A DNA stretch of 16,113 bases from Chthoniobacteraceae bacterium (lineage in GTDB: Bacteria; Verrucomicrobiota; Verrucomicrobiia; Chthoniobacterales; Chthoniobacteraceae), in contig JANNWY010000082.1 in NCBI GenBank assembly GCA_031409335.1, forward strand, positions 1 to 16,113, in the 5' to 3' direction. Positions 6,957-14,275 of the stretch are shown piece by piece (position 1 is the stretch's first letter; every line of letters starts with the position of its first letter). The notes beneath the pieces were generated by a model. It searched no databases and had not been told where the DNA came from. It saw only the letters and a program-made list of their open reading frames with translations. The position numbers were made by a program, and so were the translations under genes.

Positions 6957-8611
6957 GCGGCCCGGTTCACGGCGCTGAGGACGGCTTTGATCGAGGCGAG
7001 TTCGATGTTTGTGTCCACGCCCGCGCCCCATTTGGTGTGGCCGTCGGGGAGCTTGATCTGGATGTAGGCGATGGCGCTCGCTTCCGTGCCGGCGCTGAGC
7101 GCGTGCTGTTTGAAATCAGCGACCTCGAAACGCGCGGTGCCGGCTTCATGCAGCGCGTGGACGAAGGCGGCGATTGGGCCGTTGCCCTGGCCGGTGAGTT
7201 TTACCATCGCGCCGTCGCGCTGCGCGGAGGCGCGACAATTGAACACGCCATCGATGCCGTCGGCGTGGAAGTGGACGAGTGCCCACGGCGCGGTGCGCTC
7301 GATGTATTCGCGGAAAAACATGTCGCGCAGTTCCTCGCCGGTGACTTCGCGACCGAGGAGGTCCACGGCGTCGTTGGCGAGCGGGCCAAATTCGCGCTGC
7401 AAATCCTTTGGCAGTTCGATGCCGAATTCGCTTTCCAGCAAATACGCGACGCCGCCCTTGCCGCTCTGGCTGTTGACGCGAATGACCTCGCGGTATTCGC
7501 GGCCGATGTCCTTCGGGTCGATCGCGAGGTATGGCACGTCCCACTGCTCGCGCCCGCCGCGATCCCACTCGGCGAGGCCTTTCTTGATCGCGTCCTGATG
7601 CGAGCCGGAGAAGGCGGTGAATACCAACTCGCCGCCATACGGCTGGCGCGCGGGCACGGTCATGCCGGTGCAGCGTTCGTACACTTCGCGCACGGCGTTC
7701 ATGTTGGAAAAATCGAGCCCGGTGGGGATGCCGTGCATGAAGAAGTTCATCGCGACGATCACGAGGTCGAGATTGCCGGTGCGCTCGCCATTTCCAAAGA
7801 GCGTGCCTTCCACACGATCCGCGCCGGCGAGCAGGCCGAGTTCGGTGGCGGCGACGCCAGTGCCGCGGTCGTTGTGCGTGTGCAGGCTGACGATGAGCGC
7901 GTCGCGGTTGCGGATGTGGCGGCACATCCATTCGATCTGGTCGGCGTACACATTCGGCATCGCGACTTCGACGGTGTCGGGCAAATTCAGGATCATCTTT
8001 CGCGCTGGCGTGGGCTGCCACACATCCATCACGGCTTCGGAAATTTCCTTCGCGAATTCGACTTCGGTCATTGAAAAACTTTCCGGCGAGTATTGCAGCC
8101 GCACGTCCGTCCCGGCGAGACGCGGCAGGCGGTCTTTGATCCACCGCGCGCCATCGACGGCCATTTTCACGACTTCGATTTTCGATTTTCCAAAGACGAC
8201 GCGGCGCTGCGCGGGCGAGGTCGAGTTGTAGAGATGAATGATCGCGCGCTTCGCTCCGACGAGCGATTCGACGGTGCGCTCGATGAGATCTTCGCGCGCC
8301 TGGACGAGCACTTGCACGGTCACGTCGTCGGGGATGTGCCCGCGCTCGATGAGCGTGCGATTGAAGGCGAACTCGGTATTCGACGCGGCAGGGAAACCGA
8401 TCTCGATTTCCTTGAAGCCGCATTTCACCAGCGCGTGAAACAGCTCGAGTTTTTGCGCGACATTCATCGGCACGGCGAGCGCCTGATTGCCATCGCGGAG
8501 ATCGACGCTGCACCAGATCGGCGCGGCAGTCAGGATGCGGTTGGGCCATTCCCGTTGCAGCAAGGGCACGGACGGAAAAGCACGATATTTTGACGAAGGA
8601 TGAGAGAGCAT
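6953..8611 (-). CDS. leuA: 2-isopropylmalate synthase (yeast/mycobacterial-type LeuA)
   Basis: Motifs WCSVDLRDGNQAL, KEIEIGFP, QYSPESF, HTHNDRGT, GTLFGNGERTGN, SGSHQDAIKKG and IRVNSQSGKGG, plus a C-terminal regulatory domain (GNGPI). Start chosen at ATG 8611. Confidence 0.97.
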   Translation of the reverse strand: MLSHPSSKYRAFPSVPLLQREWPNRILTAAPIWCSVDLRDGNQALAVPMNVAQKLELFHALVKCGFKEIEIGFPAASNTEFAFNRTLIERGHIPDDVTVQVLVQAREDLIERTVESLVGAKRAIIHLYNSTSPAQRRVVFGKSKIEVVKMAVDGARWIKDRLPRLAGTDVRLQYSPESFSMTEVEFAKEISEAVMDVWQPTPARKMILNLPDTVEVAMPNVYADQIEWMCRHIRNRDALIVSLHTHNDRGTGVAATELGLLAGADRVEGTLFGNGERTGNLDLVIVAMNFFMHGIPTGLDFSNMNAVREVYERCTGMTVPARQPYGGELVFTAFSGSHQDAIKKGLAEWDRGGREQWDVPYLAIDPKDIGREYREVIRVNSQSGKGGVAYLLESEFGIELPKDLQREFGPLANDAVDLLGREVTGEELRDMFFREYIERTAPWALVHFHADGIDGVFNCRASAQRDGAMVKLTGQGNGPIAAFVHALHEAGTARFEVADFKQHALSAGTEASAIAYIQIKLPDGHTKWGAGVDTNIELASIKAVLSAVNRAA

Positions 8612-8644
8612 TGGGAAAAGAATTGCGGGCGGAGAAATGAGAGT

Positions 8645-8686
8645 AAACAAACTGACCGCCGCACTTCCACCCCGGAGCGACGTCAG
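8645..8686 (-). terminator. Putative attenuator terminator in the leuA leader
   Basis: Minus strand reads CTGAC-GTCGC-(TCCGGGGTGGAAGT)-GCGGC-G-GTCAG followed by TTTGTTT. Confidence 0.5.
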
Positions 8687-8719
8687 AAATCGAACGCGAG
8701 AAAGCTCCCCGGCCAGGCG

Positions 8720-8782
8720 CTACGAAACGCGCCCGGAAAAACCGGGAAGCAGCGTAAGTCGGCTGGTTTGGAGATGGCGCAT
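8720..8782 (-). CDS. Putative leuA leader peptide MRHLQTSRLTLLPGFSGRVS
   Basis: A 20-codon ORF with 4 Leu codons (an LTLL cluster), located between a promoter-like motif and a terminator-like hairpin upstream of leuA. Confidence 0.6.
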   Translation of the reverse strand: MRHLQTSRLTLLPGFSGRVS

Positions 8783-8792
8783 GTGCGGTCGG

Positions 8793-8820
8793 AAAGTAGC
8801 AGGCGAACTCACGGGGGCAA
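8793..8820 (-). promoter_or_regulatory. Putative sigma70 promoter of the leuA operon
   Basis: TTGCCC-N16-TACTTT with an extended -10 (TGC-TACTTT), 10 nt upstream of the leader ATG. Confidence 0.5.
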
Positions 8821-8846
8821 TACTTTCCCTGACTCCGGCGCGGCAC

Positions 8847-9419
8847 CTATTTTCGCGATCCGAGATACACCCACGCGCCAGTGTGCGCGGCGACGATCAG
8901 CCAGAAGATGATTTGGTAGGAAAGCTTGCGATTCTTGTGACGCAACCATTGCTGCGCGACGAGAGCGCCGGGCCAGCCGCCGAAAAGTTCGAGCGCGTGC
9001 AGACTGCTTTCGGGCAGTCGCCAGGCGCCGTGTTTCGCGCTGTTCTTGTCGTGCCAGTAGGCCGCAAAGGCGACGGCGCTCATCATGCCATAGATGACCG
9101 GGAAGATTGGAGTGATCCGGCCCAGCCACGCGGCGAGCGCGAGCGCGGCAAGGAAAGCCATGGTGACGGTCAGCGCGAGGGCACACGCGGGAGGCATGCC
9201 GCCCGTGGTGGCGAATTGGACCTGCGTCGCGCGAGCCCGTCCGCGCTCATCCTTTCCTGGAAAATAAAAGACCCGATCTCCCTCGACCGGGCGACGTCCA
9301 CCGACGACTGCCTTGATATGGGCAAATACATCTCCCGAGCCCTCGTCCGGCCCGATGAATCCGAATCCCTTGTCGTCATCCCATTTCACAATAGTTCCTG
9401 ACCGTCGGGCGCTGCTCAT
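8847..9419 (-). CDS. Cold-shock domain plus DUF1294 membrane protein
   Basis: GTIVKWDDDKGFGFI and DVFAHI are RNP1/RNP2-like. C-terminal AYWHDKNSAKHGAWRLPESSLH...GGWPGA...LRHKNRK matches DUF1294. Start chosen at ATG 9419. Confidence 0.92.
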   Translation of the reverse strand: MSSARRSGTIVKWDDDKGFGFIGPDEGSGDVFAHIKAVVGGRRPVEGDRVFYFPGKDERGRARATQVQFATTGGMPPACALALTVTMAFLAALALAAWLGRITPIFPVIYGMMSAVAFAAYWHDKNSAKHGAWRLPESSLHALELFGGWPGALVAQQWLRHKNRKLSYQIIFWLIVAAHTGAWVYLGSRK

Positions 9420-9558
9420 GCGGGCATCAAATCGCGGGTCGCCTGCTTGATTCAAGGCCGTTCTGGCCATGGACCCTGCATTTCCCCAAGATTCCGATTG
9501 CCAGGTCGGGCGGATGGTGGTTTCCTCGCGCCCCCTCAACGAAAATTATCAATCACTC

Positions 9559-9663
9559 ATGGGTTCATTAAAGAAGCGCCGGAAGGCGAAAATCGCCAAG
9601 CACAAACGCCGGAAGCGGATGAAGGAAAACCGTCACAAGAAGCGTTTGCGCTACAAGAGCTAG
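9559..9663 (+). CDS. AURKAIP1/COX24-domain small basic protein (ribosomal protein bS22-like)
   Basis: MGSLKKRRKAKIAKHKRRKRMKENRHKKRLRYKS (34 aa) matches the MGS..KKRR..h.KHK.RK pattern of bS22/mS38. Confidence 0.85.
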   Translation: MGSLKKRRKAKIAKHKRRKRMKENRHKKRLRYKS

Positions 9664-9679
9664 CCGCTACTTTCCGCGG

Positions 9680-11581
9680 ATGAATTCGCTCCGATTTGCA
9701 CCGCACCGCAAATTCGCAGCAGCGCTTTCCGCAGCGATCTTCGGTGGATTTCTGGCACCGGTATTTTCCGCGCCAGAATCTCGGCCTGCGGTGCCTGTGG
9801 TGACGCCCGTTTCGGCCAAGAACTCGCGCAAGGCAACGCCAGCCAAATCCGCCCCTGAAGTGGTGCCGGTCGCCCGCGCCGGGACGCGGGAGGAATTCGC
9901 CGATGCGCTGCCGACGAACGTCCCAGCCAGCCCCGATTTGAATCTGCGCCTGGAAGGTGAGCGGAAAGCGGAGGCACTTTCCGCGTTCGCGGAAGCGCTC
10001 ATCGCGGAGGACAACGCGGATACCGAGAAAGCGCTCGAGGGTTATCGGAGAGTGCTCGAACTCGATCCGGGCTACGCCGAATTGGCGGTGAAAATCGCCT
10101 TCGATCTTTCGCGTCGGAACGATGTCACGGGCGGCATTCAGATTTTGAAGGACTGCATCAAGGCGGCACCGATGGAGCCAACGCCGCTGATCTTTCTCTC
10201 GCAGCTTTACGCCAAGCAGCTCAAGAAGCCGGATCTCGCGCTCAAAGCAGCCGAACAGGCGCTGGCGGTCGCCCCTCGGAATTTCACGTCGTATCTCGCA
10301 AACTTCGAACTCCACTTCAGCGCGGGCGAGCCGAAAAAAGCGGAAGCCGTGCTCGACAAGGCCACCAAGGCCGGGAGCGCGGATGCCACGTTTTGGGTGC
10401 AGATCGGCGATCTGTATTCGCGGCTTTTTCTAAAGGAGGATGGCTCCGGCCTCCCGGATGACCTTCAGAAAATGACGAGCGTCTATCGGCGCGCTGGAGA
10501 ACTCGCGGGTGACGATGCGACCATTCTTTCCCGGGTGGCGGATTATTTTGTCCTGTCGCGTCAGGTGAAGGAGGCGATCCCCTTTTATCTGAGAGTCGTC
10601 GCCGCGCCGCAGACGGAAAAAGACCCGCCGATCAACAACACGCGCGACAAGCTCGCCCGGGCGTTCATCGTCACGCAGCGGCGCGACGAGGCGATCGAGG
10701 TGCTCGAAAAAATGGCGAATGAGCCGCCCCTGCGCTACGCCACGTTTGAACTGCTCGGCGAGCTGTATCAGCAGAAGGGTGATTTTGAAAAAGCGCTGCA
10801 CAACTTCGAGCACAGCCTGCTACTCGATGCCAGCGTGCCGCAAAATTACCTGCGGATGTGTTTCCTCCATCTCCAGATGAAAAAGCCCGACCGGGCCGTG
10901 GACATCATGAAGCGGGCGCAGCAGAAATTTCCCGACGTGCCGCAGGTCGCGGTGCTGCTCGCGAAGTCGCTCAGCGCGGCGAAGCAACACACGGCGGCGA
11001 TGACGACCTTTGCCCAAGCCCAGGCGCAGGCGGAGAACAGTCACGAGGAATTGCTCAACGCCGCTTTCTATCTGGAATACGGAGCCGCTGCGGAACAGGC
11101 AGGCCTTACCGAAAAAGCCGCCGAGCTGCTGAAACAATCCATCGCGCTGGATCCCAATAGCTCCGCGCAAGCCTGCAACTATCTAGGCTACATGTGGGCG
11201 GATCGTGGCGAGAATTTGGACGAAGCTGGCGACATGATCCGCAAGGCGCTCGAGATGGAGCCGGACAATGCGTCGTATCTCGACAGCATGGGATGGTTCC
11301 ATTTCAAAAAGGGGGAATACGACAAGGCGCTGCTCTTGCTGCTGCGGGCAGCGGAAGGCATCAAGCAGGAAGACGTGGTGGTGTTCGATCACGTCGCCGA
11401 CACCTATCACGCGATGGGCAAAACCGCCGAGGCGATGCAGTACTGGCAGAAGGCGCTCGCGCTCGCCACGGACGACAAGGAGATGGCCGGAAAAATCGCG
11501 GAAAAGATCGAGACGCTCAAACAGAAGGTCTCCTCCAGCGCTCCCGTGAAAACGGAGCCCGCGCCCGCGCCAAGGAAGTGA
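9680..11581 (+). CDS. Exported tetratricopeptide repeat protein
   Basis: N-terminal signal peptide and many TPR-like helical pairs. C-terminal NYLGYMWADRGENLDEA...YLDSMGW is typical of envelope TPR proteins. Confidence 0.92.
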   Translation: MNSLRFAPHRKFAAALSAAIFGGFLAPVFSAPESRPAVPVVTPVSAKNSRKATPAKSAPEVVPVARAGTREEFADALPTNVPASPDLNLRLEGERKAEALSAFAEALIAEDNADTEKALEGYRRVLELDPGYAELAVKIAFDLSRRNDVTGGIQILKDCIKAAPMEPTPLIFLSQLYAKQLKKPDLALKAAEQALAVAPRNFTSYLANFELHFSAGEPKKAEAVLDKATKAGSADATFWVQIGDLYSRLFLKEDGSGLPDDLQKMTSVYRRAGELAGDDATILSRVADYFVLSRQVKEAIPFYLRVVAAPQTEKDPPINNTRDKLARAFIVTQRRDEAIEVLEKMANEPPLRYATFELLGELYQQKGDFEKALHNFEHSLLLDASVPQNYLRMCFLHLQMKKPDRAVDIMKRAQQKFPDVPQVAVLLAKSLSAAKQHTAAMTTFAQAQAQAENSHEELLNAAFYLEYGAAAEQAGLTEKAAELLKQSIALDPNSSAQACNYLGYMWADRGENLDEAGDMIRKALEMEPDNASYLDSMGWFHFKKGEYDKALLLLLRAAEGIKQEDVVVFDHVADTYHAMGKTAEAMQYWQKALALATDDKEMAGKIAEKIETLKQKVSSSAPVKTEPAPAPRK

Positions 11582-11809
11582 CGCGCCCTTTCCACCTGGC
11601 ACCGTTGGCTTGGCCGAAACGGCAGCCCGTGATCGTTGAATGCCACAACGCCATCCAAGTCCCAATCCACCCGATTCCGCGCCACCTTTGTTTGCTGAAG
11701 CCAGTAGCCAGCCGCGACCGATCAGGGAGAAGACCTGGGTGCCGTCGCTCCAAAACTCCTTGAGCCAGCCAGTGAGCGCATCGCGCAGCAGTCTTCAGGT
11801 GAACCAATA

Positions 11810-11977
11810 GCCTGTTGAAAACGTGGCCACGCGTCGCAGCACAGGCTTCCAGCCTGTGGGGCACGCAGGCGTCCCGCCTGCGGAGACTGATGCACGCTGG
11901 GTTTGCAGGCGGGACGCCCGCATGCCCCACAGCCGGGACGGCTGTGCCACGACGCTGCGCGGCGTTTTTCAACAGGC
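11810..11977. mobile_element. MITE-like element containing an inverted REP doublet
   Basis: Terminal IR GCCTGTTGAAAA...TTTTCAACAGGC. The arms are about 75 bp imperfect inverted repeats with internal hairpins CACAGGCTTCCAGCCTGTG, GCAGGCGTCCCGCCTGC, GCAGGCGGGACGCCCGC and CACAGCCGGGACGGCTGTG. Confidence 0.75.
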
Positions 11978-11979
11978 CG

Positions 11980-13221
11980 CTACCCAAGCAGCGCATCCGC
12001 GGTGCGGAGGCCGGAGATGATCGCGCCCTCGATGGACGCGCTGGTCAGGTGATCTCCACACACGAAGATGCTGTCGATCTCCCGAAAGCACGGTCCGAGC
12101 GGTCCGGGGATGGGTGGCTGCTCGGGCAGGGCGCGCTCGATTCGGTCGGTGCGGAGGTGCCGCCAGCCGCGCACTTCGGGCCCGAACCACGGTTCTAGTT
12201 CCGCGAGGATCTGCGCTGCAAAATCCGGAATCGCCGGCACGCCGAGGACGGAGATGGAGATCAGCGCCTGGCCCGGCGGCGCGTAGCCGGGCGCGACATC
12301 GGAGAGCACACAGACGTTATTGATTAGGCCGCGGCCAGTGCCGTTGAGGGCGATGATGGCTTCGCGCAGCGGTGATTTTTCCGCGGCGAAATAGAGTCCG
12401 GTGACGGCACGCCAGTCGGGCTCTTTGGTCGCGAGGCCGGGGATCAAGTGCGCGGCGGTCGTGGCATCGGCGGCGACGACGACGGCATCGCCGCCGAGGA
12501 ATTCGCCAGACGCCAGCGTGATCTTTCCCGGCTGGACTTCCGTCACCCGCGCGCCACGACGGATCGCGTCCGCCGGCAAGCGGCTGGCGAGCTGGCGCGG
12601 GATTTCCTGCATTCCCTGCGCGGGCAGGGTCGCGCTGCCTCGCGAGAACATTTGGAAAGTGAACTCAAACATCCGGCTCGAAGTGCGGAGGTCTCTTTCC
12701 AGAAAAATGCCGCCGTAAAAGGAGCGGAAGAATACGTCGATCATCCGGCGCGAGAAGCCCGCGCGGCGGAGATAGACTTCGGTCGTGACGTCTTCGCGGG
12801 CGGCGATTTGTTCGAGGGTCGAGCGGCTGATGCGCCACTTCAGCGCGGCCACCCGCAGCTTGTCGGCCAGCGAACCGACGGGCGCGAGCGCGCTGGCGAG
12901 CAAGTGGCGTGGGTCGCGGAAAACGTCCATCACCCGGTGCAGACGGCCATCGAGATAGACGAGGGCGCCCGGCTGGAACGGGCGCAGATCGAGGCGCGGC
13001 AGGTCCAGAAATTTTCCGGCTTCCGGGTAGGCGTCGAGATAGACCTGAAACCCGCGATCCAGCCGGAAGCCATCGACCACGTCGGTCCGCACGCGCCCGC
13101 CCACGTCGTCGCTGGCTTCGAGGATCACCGGCTGCGCGCCGGCTTCATGCAGCCGGACGCCACAGGCGAGGCCGGCCAATCCACCTCCGACGATGAGCAC
13201 CCGTTTCTTCGGTGCCGTCAT
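11980..13221 (-). CDS. FAD-dependent oxidoreductase (amine oxidase/phytoene dehydrogenase-like family)
   Basis: IVGGGLAGL dinucleotide-binding motif, GGRVRTD, LDRGFQV, and C-terminal CGDH...SIEGAIISG. Confidence 0.93.
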   Translation of the reverse strand: MTAPKKRVLIVGGGLAGLACGVRLHEAGAQPVILEASDDVGGRVRTDVVDGFRLDRGFQVYLDAYPEAGKFLDLPRLDLRPFQPGALVYLDGRLHRVMDVFRDPRHLLASALAPVGSLADKLRVAALKWRISRSTLEQIAAREDVTTEVYLRRAGFSRRMIDVFFRSFYGGIFLERDLRTSSRMFEFTFQMFSRGSATLPAQGMQEIPRQLASRLPADAIRRGARVTEVQPGKITLASGEFLGGDAVVVAADATTAAHLIPGLATKEPDWRAVTGLYFAAEKSPLREAIIALNGTGRGLINNVCVLSDVAPGYAPPGQALISISVLGVPAIPDFAAQILAELEPWFGPEVRGWRHLRTDRIERALPEQPPIPGPLGPCFREIDSIFVCGDHLTSASIEGAIISGLRTADALLG

Positions 13222-13622
13222 TTCCGGCTTTTTTCCTGGCGACGGATCTCGTCGCGGCGCATCGGCATTCCATCGATGAGCGTGAACCAGCTCGCGAGCT
13301 TGAGCGTGCCTCGCTGGCGCGACTTTTCGCCGCCGTCTTTACCGATCAAAATGAAGACGGCCTTCGTCTCCCGTGCGCTCAGCTTGAGTCTCTCCCGAAG
13401 CGCGGTGGTCTGTTTCGGATCGAGCCGGACGGTGCCGGGAATCCGGGCCGATCCCGGTGAAACATCAATCACTTGCAAGTCCCGCTCGTCCATCTCCGCG
13501 CGATTCGCGGCCAGTGAAGCCGTGAGCTGATCGCGGGCTTCTCCCGGCGGAACCGAGGCAATGATCAGGCGGCTTTTCCAGCGATAGGCGTCGAGGGGTT
13601 CGGCAGAAGCGTCGTGATTCAT
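13218..13622 (-). CDS. DUF4174 domain protein
   Basis: LDAYRWKSRLII, FILIGKDGGEK and IDGMPMRRDE are DUF4174 hallmarks. The stop overlaps the oxidoreductase start (ATGA). The start is uncertain (13622, 13646, or an interrupted start at 13676). Confidence 0.85.
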   Translation of the reverse strand: MNHDASAEPLDAYRWKSRLIIASVPPGEARDQLTASLAANRAEMDERDLQVIDVSPGSARIPGTVRLDPKQTTALRERLKLSARETKAVFILIGKDGGEKSRQRGTLKLASWFTLIDGMPMRRDEIRRQEKSRK

Positions 13623-13807
13623 GAAGAGAAAATTCCCGGCAAACAAAGCGGCTTAGCAAACGGGACGAAGGTTCATGCGAGTTCGGCGAGGATACGTTTC
13701 AAACCAACTGTCCGCCGGGATTTTCTTCCCTTCCGCCGATGTTTGATCCCGTGGAGGAAACCCGTGCCGCATCTGCAAAAGCACCGCGCGATCCCGAGGC
13801 ATGATGG

Positions 13808-13816
13808 TGCTATGAT
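13808..13816 (+). promoter_or_regulatory. Putative extended -10 promoter for the DoxX-like gene
   Basis: TGCTATGAT (TGn-TATGAT) lies 8 nt before the TTG start at 13825. Confidence 0.45.
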
Positions 13817-13824
13817 CCGCCGCA

Positions 13825-14154
13825 TTGAACGCCGTCCTCATCCTCTTTTCCGCCATTTCGTTTCTCGGATACGGGTCGGCTTGCTTCCTCGCTCCCTCGA
13901 TGAAGCGCGAGTTCATTCGTTATGGCATGGGTTCCCAGCGTCTGTTGGTCGGGGCATTGCAAGTCAGCGCGGCCATCGGGCTGCTGGCCGGGCTCAGCCA
14001 GCCATGGGTGGGCCGCGCGGCGGCGCTTGGTTTGGCCGCGATGATGTTAGTCGCGGTCGGGGTCCGCATTCGGATCAAGGATAGCTTCCTGCAAACAACC
14101 CCGGCGCTTTTCTATCTCGTGCTCAATGCCTACCTAAGTTGGGCCGCGTTTTGA
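13825..14154 (+). CDS. DoxX-like family membrane protein
   Basis: 109 aa with 4 hydrophobic segments. MKREFIRYG...LVGALQV..AIGLLAG and AVGVRIRIKDS fit the DoxX_2-type pattern. TTG start. Confidence 0.8.
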   Translation: MNAVLILFSAISFLGYGSACFLAPSMKREFIRYGMGSQRLLVGALQVSAAIGLLAGLSQPWVGRAAALGLAAMMLVAVGVRIRIKDSFLQTTPALFYLVLNAYLSWAAF

Positions 14155-14168
14155 CCAGCCGAGAGCTA

Positions 14169-14267
14169 GCGCGTGTTTGTAAGCTCAGACTCAAGGCGCG
14201 AAGAGCCGAAACAACCCAGGCTAGGGCTATGCCCCACGCTTTCTGGGCCTAAGTCATACAAACGTCC
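14169..14267. repeat. Degenerate inverted-repeat element (possible decayed MITE)
   Basis: Left end GTTTGTAAGCTCAGACTCA resembles the reverse complement of the right end, GTTTGTATGACTTAGGCCCA. It sits between convergent genes. Confidence 0.4.
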
Positions 14268-14275
14268 CGGCAGCT

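Noticed and set aside
7037..8846. Long alternative ORFs overlapping leuA (7037..8074 +, 7146..8846 -)
   Set aside because: Antisense and alternative-frame shadows typical of high-GC DNA. They carry no motifs, the alternative-frame one is Arg-rich, and leuA fully explains the region.
9498..9526. TTGCCA-N17-TTTCCT as a promoter for the bS22-like gene
   Set aside because: The -10 match is too weak to call from sequence alone.
11810..11977. Possible CRISPR array or structured RNA gene
   Set aside because: The repeats are inverted rather than direct, there are no unique spacers or cas genes, and there are no tRNA features.
11517..12198. ORFs crossing the palindromic element (11517..11996 -, 11815..12198 +)
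   Set aside because: They are translations of REP/MITE sequence, a common source of spurious ORFs.
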